A stretch of DNA of 64,000 nt from Thermodesulfobacteriota bacterium (lineage in GTDB: Bacteria; Desulfobacterota; Desulfobulbia; Desulfobulbales; SURF-16): assembly GCA_040755455.1 (NCBI GenBank), contig JBFMAY010000001.1, positions 135,896 through 199,895 on the forward strand, read 5' to 3'. A model generated the notes under the pieces. That model did not search any database, was not told the origin of the DNA, and saw nothing but the letters and a program-made list of their open reading frames with translations. Below, one piece after another: positions 43,612 to 52,047 of the stretch (its first letter is position 1; each line of letters starts with the position of its first letter). The translations under genes were made by a program, and so were the position numbers.

Positions 43612-45489
43612 ATGAACGCAGAAAATGCAGGCTGTGATCCTGACTGGCAGAACCGTTACAGCGACATGATTGCCACCGCCCGAAAGGCGGTCTCCCATGT
43701 GAAGCACGGGCAGCGGGTTTTTATCGGCACCGGCTGCGGCGAACCGGTTGAACTGGTCAAGGCGTTGACCGACCGTGCCGGCGAGCTGGCGGATGTGGAG
43801 ATTATCCACTTGATCACCAAAGGTGAGGCCCCCTATGCCTGCAAACGTCTGGCCGATTGTTTTTCGGTCAACAGTTTCTTCATCGGCGCCAATGTGCGCG
43901 ATCATATTCAGGAAGGGCTTGGGCATTACACCCCCATGCTGCTGTCCGATATCCCCAGGATCTTCAGTTCCGGCCAGATTCCCCTGGATGTGGTCCTGCT
44001 CCAGGTGACACCGCCGGACATGCGGGGCAAGGTCAGCCTGGGCGTGTCCGTTGATATCGTAAAAAGCGCGGCGGAAAACGGCTCGCTGGTCATCGCCCAG
44101 GTCAATCCCCTGATGCCCAGGACCCTGGGGGATTCCTTCCTTGATATCTATGATCTCGACATCCTGGTTCCCATTGCCACCCCGCTCATCGAGCGGCAAG
44201 CCGGTCCGCCCAACGAGGTGACCAGAAAGATCGGCGGCTATATCGCCTCGCTGGTGGAGGATGGCTCTACGGTGGAATTCGGCATCGGCACGATTCCCCA
44301 GGCCCTGGTGGAATTTCTCAAGGACAAGAAGGACCTGGGCATCCATACGGAAATGCTGAGCGAAGGTGTCATCGAGCTGATTGAAGCGGGCGCGGTCACC
44401 GGCAGAAGGAAAACCCTGGATGCCGGCAGGATCGTCACCAGCTTCTGCATGGGCACCAAAAAGCTCTATGACTATGTGGACAACAACCCTCTCTTCTGTT
44501 TCCGTCCCACCGAATATGTCAATGATCCCTTCATCATCGGCAGGCAGCATAAGATGGTGGCCATCAATATGGCCCTGGAGGTTGACCTCACCGGCCAGGT
44601 CTGCGCCGATTCCTTGGGCTCAAAGTTCTACTCGGGCATCGGCGGCCAAGTTGATTTCAACCGTGGCGCGGCACGGTCAAAGGGGGGCAAGGCCATCATC
44701 GCCATGCCGTCCACGGCGCTTGATGACACGGTGTCCCGCATCGTGACCCGGCTCGCCACCGGCGGCGGGGTTGTTACTTCCCGCGGGGAAGTGCATTATG
44801 TCATCACGGAATACGGCATTGCCTATCTGCATGGCAAAAGCGTGCAGGAGCGCTGCCTGGCCCTGATCAGCATCGCCCATCCCCATTTTCGGGAGCAGCT
44901 GCTGAAGGAGGCCATTGAGGCAAAATACATCCGCCAGGAAATGTCTGATGTGGAAGGTCGTTTCATGGTGGCCTCCCAGGAAATGAAGACATCGGTGCTG
45001 CTTGATGACGGCACCCAGATCAATTTCCGCCACGTTCATCCCACCGATCTGCCGCGCATGCGCGATCTGCTCTACGCCCTGTCCCAGGAAACGATCTATT
45101 ACCGGTTCATGACCCGCTCCCAACGTTTTGCCCATAGTCAGATCCAGAACTTCGTCTATGTGGATCACCGCAAGGATGTGGCCATCGTGGCCACGGTGCC
45201 CGAGGCCCACGGGGAGGATATCATTGCCATCGGCCGTTATTATCTTGATGAACGGACCAACCGGGCGGAGGTGGCCTTTGTGGTCCACGATCAGTGGCAG
45301 AACCGGCATATCGGCACGTTTCTCTTCAAATATCTGGCGGCCCTGGCCAAGCGCAGCGGCATTGCCGGGTTTACCGCGGAGGTGCTGCTGGAAAACAGAA
45401 GGATGCAGGCCATATTCAACAGTTCCTCTTTGAAGGTGGAAAGCCAGAGGGAAGAGGACGTCTACCGGTTCAAGATCGAATTCGATTAG
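43612..45489 (+). CDS. Acetyl-CoA hydrolase/transferase-family domain fused to a Pat-type GNAT acetyltransferase domain
   Basis: The N-terminal ~430 aa are colinear with CoA-transferase family I ('GQRVFIGTGCGEP', 'EMLSEGVIEL', 'SGIGGQVDF'). The C-terminal GNAT has 'YYRFMTR' and 'VVHDQWQNRHIGTFLFKYL'. SD GGGGGGAGGTGG lies upstream. Confidence 0.85.
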   Translation: MNAENAGCDPDWQNRYSDMIATARKAVSHVKHGQRVFIGTGCGEPVELVKALTDRAGELADVEIIHLITKGEAPYACKRLADCFSVNSFFIGANVRDHIQEGLGHYTPMLLSDIPRIFSSGQIPLDVVLLQVTPPDMRGKVSLGVSVDIVKSAAENGSLVIAQVNPLMPRTLGDSFLDIYDLDILVPIATPLIERQAGPPNEVTRKIGGYIASLVEDGSTVEFGIGTIPQALVEFLKDKKDLGIHTEMLSEGVIELIEAGAVTGRRKTLDAGRIVTSFCMGTKKLYDYVDNNPLFCFRPTEYVNDPFIIGRQHKMVAINMALEVDLTGQVCADSLGSKFYSGIGGQVDFNRGAARSKGGKAIIAMPSTALDDTVSRIVTRLATGGGVVTSRGEVHYVITEYGIAYLHGKSVQERCLALISIAHPHFREQLLKEAIEAKYIRQEMSDVEGRFMVASQEMKTSVLLDDGTQINFRHVHPTDLPRMRDLLYALSQETIYYRFMTRSQRFAHSQIQNFVYVDHRKDVAIVATVPEAHGEDIIAIGRYYLDERTNRAEVAFVVHDQWQNRHIGTFLFKYLAALAKRSGIAGFTAEVLLENRRMQAIFNSSSLKVESQREEDVYRFKIEFD

Positions 45490-45606
45490 TCCGCCACCCA
45501 GTCTGACTATTTTTTGCCTGCCGGCATCTCCGCCTTGCTTCTTCTGGGGGGAAATGTCATGATTTAAACGTCATGATGTTTTGTTCAAGTTTTTGTGTGC
45601 CTCGCC

Positions 45607-47082
45607 ATGGGAAATACCTCGCCGCTAAAGATATTTGTCTTATTGACCCTGCTGATCGGTCTGATCGAGCAGGGCTTGATGTATTTTCTCGGTGCCGGCG
45701 CCATTGCCCTGCATCCTTTTGTCGTGGGCATGCTGGATTCGTTTTTCCTCATCCTGATCCTTTTTCCCTTTCTGTATCTGCTCGTCTACCGGCCTTTTGG
45801 CAAAAACATGGAAAACCTCTGCCAGGCAAAGGAAAGGGCGGAGGAGGCGCATGACCGTCTCCTGTCGGTGCTGGACAGCATTGATGCCATTATCTACGTT
45901 GCCGACATGCAGACCTATGAACTGCTCTTTGTCAACAGGTACACCAGGGAGATGTTTGGTGACATTACCGGCAGGATATGCTGGCAGACGCTGCAGATCG
46001 GTCAGTCAGGTCCGTGCCCTTTCTGCACCAATGACAAACTGGTCAATGCCGTCGGCGAACCGCAGATGTGCAGATGGGAGTTCCGCAACACGGTCACCGG
46101 CCACTGGTATGATATCCGCGACCGGGCGATCCGCTGGGTGGACGGCCGGCTGGTGCGTATGGAAATTGCCATGGACATCAGCAGCCGGAAGAAATCGGAG
46201 GAACAGATCAGACAGCAGAATACCTTTCTGCATAATGTGCTTGAGTCCCTGCCCTACCCTTTTTATGTGGTGAATACCGATACCTACGAGATTGAACTGG
46301 CCAACGGCATTGCTCTGCATCAGGGAATCAGCAGGGGCAGGAAATGTTATGCCGCAACTCATGATGCCGATGCTCCCTGTAATTCGGCGGAGCACCAATG
46401 CCCATTGAATCTCGTGAAAAGGCTGCGGGAGCCGGTTATCGAGGAGCATGTGCACAAGGACCGGCACGGCAATGATAAGTACGTGGAAATTCACGGCTAC
46501 CCCATTGCCGATGAAAACGGCAGGGTCAGCCGGATGATTGAGTATCAGATCAATATCACGGAGCGGAAAAAAGTCGAAGAGGCCCTGCGCCGCATTGCCG
46601 TCACCGATGAGATGACTAAACTGTATAACCGGCGCGGCTTTCTCCTGCTGGCCGAAAAACAGATCAAGATCGCCGACCGCATGCCGGGCGAGCTTTTTGT
46701 TCTTTATGCCGACTGCGATAAGTTGAAATGGATTAACGACACCCTGGGGCATAAGACCGGCGATCAGCTGATCATGGAAACGGCGGAGATGTTGCAGAAT
46801 ACCTTTCGGCAGGCGGATATCATCGGCCGCCTGGGCGGCGATGAATTTGTCGTGGTCATGGTGGATGAATCCGGCAAGGAAAGCGTCAATACGGTCAAAG
46901 AGAGGCTGGCAAGCGCCATCGTGAAAAGAAACGAGCTGCCGGACCGCCGGTATGTTCTTTCCCTGAGCTACGGCATTGTCCGCTACGATAAGAACAACCC
47001 CTGTTCCATGGAGCAGCTGCTCTCAAAGGCGGATCATATCATGTACAAGGTGAAAAATGAGCACAGGGAAAAATTACCATAA
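45607..47082 (+). CDS. Diguanylate cyclase (membrane anchor, two PAS-like domains, GGDEF)
   Basis: The N-terminus is hydrophobic. One PAS carries 'GRICWQTLQIGQSGPCPFC'. GGDEF domain: 'YNRRGF', 'DCDKLKWINDTLGHKTGD', 'RLGGDEFVVVM' with I-site 'RQAD'. Confidence 0.9.
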   Translation: MGNTSPLKIFVLLTLLIGLIEQGLMYFLGAGAIALHPFVVGMLDSFFLILILFPFLYLLVYRPFGKNMENLCQAKERAEEAHDRLLSVLDSIDAIIYVADMQTYELLFVNRYTREMFGDITGRICWQTLQIGQSGPCPFCTNDKLVNAVGEPQMCRWEFRNTVTGHWYDIRDRAIRWVDGRLVRMEIAMDISSRKKSEEQIRQQNTFLHNVLESLPYPFYVVNTDTYEIELANGIALHQGISRGRKCYAATHDADAPCNSAEHQCPLNLVKRLREPVIEEHVHKDRHGNDKYVEIHGYPIADENGRVSRMIEYQINITERKKVEEALRRIAVTDEMTKLYNRRGFLLLAEKQIKIADRMPGELFVLYADCDKLKWINDTLGHKTGDQLIMETAEMLQNTFRQADIIGRLGGDEFVVVMVDESGKESVNTVKERLASAIVKRNELPDRRYVLSLSYGIVRYDKNNPCSMEQLLSKADHIMYKVKNEHREKLP

Positions 47083-47472
47083 GCCGGTTGATCGCTGTGC
47101 AGCTGTGCTATGAGGGTGCGGAATGCGCTATGCGGTGGCATTGGAAAAAAATCAGGGACCGTTGCCCTCATGCCACGGACCTGAAAAATGTTCCTCGCTC
47201 TTATTCCTCATCCTGTGCGTTGCCGCCATCTGTCTCTGACGTGCCGCCTTTTTTATCCTGCCGGCGTTGTTGTTTTTCTTCTTTCTTTTTTTTCTTTGCC
47301 AGTTCTTTCTGGCGTTTATCAAATGAATAATTGTTTTTTGCCAATGGGGTTCCTTTGGGTTGTATTTATCTCACAGGATTACTTTGATAAGTGATGGCGA
47401 ACGGCCAGCCTGGCAATACATCGCCCAGGGATTTGTGTTGCCCTTGGATGAATCTAGCCAGATGGCAGTTTC

Positions 47473-47670
47473 CTAATCTCCGGCGGCCTGTTCCTCAATC
47501 TGTCCCGCACTGCATAGTGCGCATGGCATATTGCCACCAATACATTTATCAATCAACCGCCAGTTGCCGTCAAAGCTCTGGCCCGCATGTTTTTTCCGGC
47601 AATGTTCGCAAACCCATATTTCTTCCGGTTTTCCTTTGCTGCTGATTACAACATACTGAAACATTTTCAT
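47473..47670 (-). CDS. Small hypothetical protein with two CxxC pairs (zinc-ribbon-like)
   Basis: The 65-aa ORF has 'CEHC' and 'CALC' 27 residues apart. The SD is weak and I recognise no homology. Confidence 0.4.
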   Translation of the reverse strand: MKMFQYVVISSKGKPEEIWVCEHCRKKHAGQSFDGNWRLIDKCIGGNMPCALCSAGQIEEQAAGD

Positions 47671-47782
47671 CTGTTATTCCAAGTGAAATTAAAGAGCAAC
47701 GGGGAGGAGTTCTTCTGTGTCGTCTCCTGCCCCGATGTCATCGGGGCAGGAGACGATTGCATCATGTATGGACTGGGCTGCC

Positions 47783-47814
47783 AAAAAAAAACCCCGCAGA
47801 ATGCGGGGTTTTTT
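47783..47814 (-). terminator. Bidirectional rho-independent terminator downstream of csp
   Basis: AAAAAAAAA-CCCCGC-agaat-GCGGGG-TTTTTT. The A-run and T-run flank a 6-bp GC stem, 20 nt after the csp stop. Confidence 0.8.
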
Positions 47815-47834
47815 GTAATGGTCAATGCCGAGGC

Positions 47835-48035
47835 TTACTGCTGGATAACATTCTCGGCCGCCGGGCCTTTCGGGCCGTCGACAACATTAAATTTTACCCG
47901 GGCGCCTTCAGTAAGAGATTTGAATCCTTGGGCCTGGATGGCGGAATGATGGACAAATACGTCCTTGCCGCCGTCCTGCTCAATAAAACCAAAACCCTTC
48001 GCATCATTAAACCATTTAACTGTACCTTCTGCCAT
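47835..48035 (-). CDS. cspA: Cold-shock protein, CspA family
   Basis: '[15 protein letters not shown]' (RNP1) and 'VFVHHSAI' (RNP2). The protein is 66 aa, with AAGGAG 9 nt upstream of the ATG. Confidence 0.97.
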   Translation of the reverse strand: MAEGTVKWFNDAKGFGFIEQDGGKDVFVHHSAIQAQGFKSLTEGARVKFNVVDGPKGPAAENVIQQ

Positions 48036-48133
48036 TTTGTACTACTCCTTGAAAACAGGGTTCCTCTTGGGAACCACTTGATAAATTGTCCAACTTACCA
48101 ACAGGCAAGTCGGTTGGCAGCTTGTTTGTCCAA

Positions 48134-48180
48134 ACAAAAAAACCGCACTTCCTCTCTGCAAGGATTGTGCGGTTATCTTT
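48134..48180 (-). terminator. Rho-independent terminator downstream of the histidine kinase gene
   Basis: On the minus strand, AACCGCAC-N18-GTGCGGTT is followed by TTTTTGTTTG. Confidence 0.65.
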
Positions 48181-48334
48181 TTAGTATTTTTCACTACAAA
48201 CATGTACTGCACACTTTCAATTGGGATAATACACGGCCTGCCTGCAAAAAGCTACATATTTATTTTGCCAAGGGAAATAAGCTCAGCGAACACAAATTTC
48301 ATCCATGGGTCGTCCCATTGATCCGGCGGGCAAT

Positions 48335-50278
48335 TCAGGTGGCCTTCTGCTGGATGATGGGCAGCAGGATGGTGAACGTTGTCCCTTGGCCCGGGCTGCT
48401 TGCTACTTCGATGCTGCCGCCATGGCGTTTAATGATGCCGTAACTGACGGATAAACCGAGGCCTGTGCCCTTGACGGCCGGTTTGGTCGAGAAAAAAGGT
48501 TCGAATATCCTGTCCATATCACCCGGGTTGATGCCGACGCCGGTGTCGGCAATATGGATGACGGCCTGCTCGCCCCGTTTTTCCGTGGTGAGTGTGATCT
48601 CCCCTCCCTCCGCGGGCATGGAGGCCTCGGCATTATTGAGCATATTCAGCAGGACCTGTTTGATCTGATCGGCGATGCCTTGAATGGGCGGCAGATCTTC
48701 GGCAAAATATTTCTGCACTCGTATCTTTTTCTGGCTGAATTCCTTTTTGACCAGCAACAGCATGTCCTCGATCGCTTCATGGACATCAAATGTCGTCATG
48801 AGGCCGGTAGTTGGCCGGTTGAAACTCTGCAGATCCTTGGTCAGCTTGGCGATTCGGTCGCATTCCTTGATGGCCAGATTGACCATGTCCCTGTTCTTTT
48901 CATCAAGGGTCTGCCGCTTTCTCAGCCCATCGAGCACGTTGCGTATGCCGTAAATGGGGTTGTTGAACTCATGGGCGATGGAAGCGGACAGCTTGCCGAT
49001 GGCGCTCAGTTTTTCCGCATGCAGTAGCTGATTATATGTTTTCTCCAGGGCCTCGCTGCGTTCCGCCACCCTCTCTTCCAGTTTGTCATGGGCCTCCTGC
49101 AGGTTTTCTTCGGCATATTTCCGTTCGGTGATCTCAATCTGCAGTCGCTGGTTGGTCTCGGTCAGCTCTGCCGTGCGTTGGGAAATGGTTGCTTCCAGGC
49201 TTGTCTTGTGCTGCTGCAGCTCTTTTTCCACGTTTTTTCGGGTGTCAATTTCAGCGGTCAGGGAATCATGGATTTTGATCAGCCGTTTCTCCATGCGGCC
49301 GATGTGGAAATAGAAAAGGACAAACAACAGGCTCAACACGGCCATGCAGACGATAACCAGAATGGTTGACACCTGTTGTTTGGCAACATCGTCGGTGAAA
49401 TCCCTGATGGCGATGATCTCGCCGATATCCTCGCCGTTCACCTCCTGGAGGGGGCTGAAGCCGCCCCGGTATTTTCTGTCTCCTTCGGTGATGTTGAAGA
49501 TAAGATGTTCTTTTTCGGCATGGGACATCTCCATGTAGTTGTTGATCTCTTTGGGTACGGCATCCATGGTTCTGCCGATGATGACATGCCGGGGTATCTC
49601 CTCCCACCCGCCATGGCGGCCGGATATTTTCAGCCCTTCTTCCCACAGTTGCCTGTTCAGATGGCGGATATTGACCAGAAAGAAGAAATCATAACCAAGA
49701 ATGTCCTTCATGGTCGGGATAATGTATTCTACTTCCCTGCCGAGTTCGATGTAGCCGATCAGTTGATTGTTCACCTGCCAGGGGTGAACGACCCGCAGGG
49801 TCAATGTGCCGAATGGCCCGAGTTCTATGCCGTAGGAGACAGCCTTTCCTTCCGCGGCCTTTTTCAAGGTGTACCGGTCAATCGCATCGCCATGGCTTGA
49901 CGGCTTGTGCACCCGCAGAAAGCAGGTTCTGTCCAGGTTATGAAAGTAGAAGTGGGTAATATGATGCCGGTTTTCAATGTTACGGAAAATGGATTTGGTG
50001 CTTTCATAGAGAAGCTGACGGTCCCTGGCAAGATAGGCCTGGTAGATCTTTGGGTCGTCCATGACGAAATCAATGAACGTGTTTAAATGCTCCGCCTCAT
50101 TGCGGAGAGTGATGGTAAAGAGCTGCTGCACGCTGTTCAACTGCTGCTGGACGTTCTGATCAAACTGATAGCGCTGCAGCCAGTATGCTCCGGAAATGGA
50201 GAAGGCAAGTAGAAAAAGCAGGGCAAAGGCCAGGGGCAGGAGGATGGCTTTGCGTATGTGAATGGTGTAGTTCTTCAT
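48335..50278 (-). CDS. Sensor histidine kinase (extracytoplasmic sensor, coiled coil, HisKA, HATPase)
   Basis: TM1 ('AILLPLAFALLFLLAF') follows ATG 50278, and the ORF is open to 50368. H-box 'SIAHEFNNPIYGI'. HATPase 'DTGVGI' and 'GTGLGLSVSYGIIKRHGG'. Confidence 0.9.
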   Translation of the reverse strand: MKNYTIHIRKAILLPLAFALLFLLAFSISGAYWLQRYQFDQNVQQQLNSVQQLFTITLRNEAEHLNTFIDFVMDDPKIYQAYLARDRQLLYESTKSIFRNIENRHHITHFYFHNLDRTCFLRVHKPSSHGDAIDRYTLKKAAEGKAVSYGIELGPFGTLTLRVVHPWQVNNQLIGYIELGREVEYIIPTMKDILGYDFFFLVNIRHLNRQLWEEGLKISGRHGGWEEIPRHVIIGRTMDAVPKEINNYMEMSHAEKEHLIFNITEGDRKYRGGFSPLQEVNGEDIGEIIAIRDFTDDVAKQQVSTILVIVCMAVLSLLFVLFYFHIGRMEKRLIKIHDSLTAEIDTRKNVEKELQQHKTSLEATISQRTAELTETNQRLQIEITERKYAEENLQEAHDKLEERVAERSEALEKTYNQLLHAEKLSAIGKLSASIAHEFNNPIYGIRNVLDGLRKRQTLDEKNRDMVNLAIKECDRIAKLTKDLQSFNRPTTGLMTTFDVHEAIEDMLLLVKKEFSQKKIRVQKYFAEDLPPIQGIADQIKQVLLNMLNNAEASMPAEGGEITLTTEKRGEQAVIHIADTGVGINPGDMDRIFEPFFSTKPAVKGTGLGLSVSYGIIKRHGGSIEVASSPGQGTTFTILLPIIQQKAT

Positions 50279-50595
50279 AACGTCTGGTGTTGCTCCGCAG
50301 TAATCCGGTCTGCATCCTGGGCGGACAGGAATTGTGGTCAGCGGGTAACGGGCTCGTTTACAAAGCAACCGCGGTGGTTCGGTAAAAGAAATGATAGGTA
50401 TTTACCATATATCAACAGGAAGGAGGAATTTTTTTTGGATTTTTACCGGAAACCAGGCAGCGGCCAGGGTTGGCAACGTGACGGAGCGCGAAACCGGGAA
50501 TTTTCCAGGAGGGGGGGCAGCAATAAATGTAGAACCGGTAAGGAGCTTTGCGCCTTGGCCAGGGCATGGTGAAGGCTAATCCGCCACAATAACTA

Positions 50596-51792
50596 TCACG
50601 CCGGCTGCTCCTGCTGCGGGCTGACTTGGTGCGGCAGTTTCTGCTGCACCGCCTCCATCAGTTCATGGGCTTCCGCGAAGTCCGGATAAAGACGGATGGT
50701 TTTTTTCAGATAGGATTCGGCGGTATCGTACTGCTTCTGCAGAAAGAGCAGGCTGGCCAGGTTGTAGTTGACCGTCTTGTTCTGCGGGTCAAGCTTCAGG
50801 CAGTTCATATAAAAGTACTTTGCCTTGTCGAAATCCTTCTTTTTCCTGGAACGCAGACCGAGCTTGTTTAAGAAATGGATTGTTTTTTCGATATTGTCAT
50901 CCTGGATTTTCCTGCCGAAGAGGAGATCGGCCTCATCAACCAGGCCGGCCTCGATATAACCATCGAGCACCTCTTTGATCTGATCGGCGTTGTACTTGGC
51001 AAGCTGCTGGGCGTCATCAAGATGCTGCTGGGCCCTGGCGATATTACCTGATCGGGTGCAGGCCCGGGCAAGGCCGATGTGGACGTCAAAGATGTCCGGC
51101 AGAATGTCGGTTACTTTCTGCAGGTAGTAGGCGAGATTGACATAGTCCTCGCTGGCTTGGTAGATTTCGGCAAGGGCAAGCAGGGCGCTGATAAACTGCT
51201 GTTCGATGACCAGGGATTTCTTGAAATTCAGTTCGGCATTTTTCCCGTTGCCGAGCTGCTGGTGGATCAAGCCGAGATAATAATAGGGCAGGGCGCTGTC
51301 GATGCGGGCCTGGCTGGCCGCCGCAAAATATTCCAGGGCCTTGTCATACTCCTTGTTTAAGAAAAAATATTTGCCGTTGCTGATCGCCTTGTCGTATTCG
51401 GAGGGATAATTCCGGTGAGCAATGACCTTTTTCAGTAGGTCTTCCAACTGGTTGATGTTGGGCGGCTTGATGATGTAGTAATCCACCTCCGCCTGCACGC
51501 TGCGCATGAGATCGCCCCGTTTGTCGGCGCCGGTGATCATGATGAAGGGAAGATCGTAGAATTTCCTTGTCTGGCGGATGAGGCGGAGAAGTTCGATGCC
51601 GTTCATTTCCGGCATCAGGTAATCACAGAGCACAACCTCAACATCCTCTTCCTGGATCCTCTCCCAGGCCTTCAGGCCGTTGACCGCGCTGCAATAATTA
51701 TGGTAGCCAAGTTCGATGAGCATTGATTCAAGCATTTTTCGCATTGACTGGTTGTCTTCAACGATGAGGATATTGCTGTTTTTGTTCTTCAT
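50596..51792 (-). CDS. Response regulator: REC + TPR repeats
   Basis: REC 'ILIVEDNQSMRKM...VVLCDYLMPEMNG...IKP'. The remaining ~270 aa carry repeated TPR-like A/Y/L patterns. Confidence 0.88.
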   Translation of the reverse strand: MKNKNSNILIVEDNQSMRKMLESMLIELGYHNYCSAVNGLKAWERIQEEDVEVVLCDYLMPEMNGIELLRLIRQTRKFYDLPFIMITGADKRGDLMRSVQAEVDYYIIKPPNINQLEDLLKKVIAHRNYPSEYDKAISNGKYFFLNKEYDKALEYFAAASQARIDSALPYYYLGLIHQQLGNGKNAELNFKKSLVIEQQFISALLALAEIYQASEDYVNLAYYLQKVTDILPDIFDVHIGLARACTRSGNIARAQQHLDDAQQLAKYNADQIKEVLDGYIEAGLVDEADLLFGRKIQDDNIEKTIHFLNKLGLRSRKKKDFDKAKYFYMNCLKLDPQNKTVNYNLASLLFLQKQYDTAESYLKKTIRLYPDFAEAHELMEAVQQKLPHQVSPQQEQPA

Positions 51793-52047
51793 GGCGGATC
51801 AGTCCTTCGCTGTGTTTTCTGCAAGCATCATAGATATATAATGCAGCCATTACCCATGATACGCAAGGGGAAAAGCGATTTTGCGGAATTTGGCCGGCCG
51901 GATAAATGGCAAATTCGCGCGGGCTTGCGTTGCATTCCTTAACGGATTGAGCTTAGATAAAGTAAAGCAAGCGGAAAATTTTTCTTACAAGCAGCGCTAA
52001 CTCCCTGCCGGACAGGAGACGCAGCGGCAGACCCGGTTACCAGAAAA

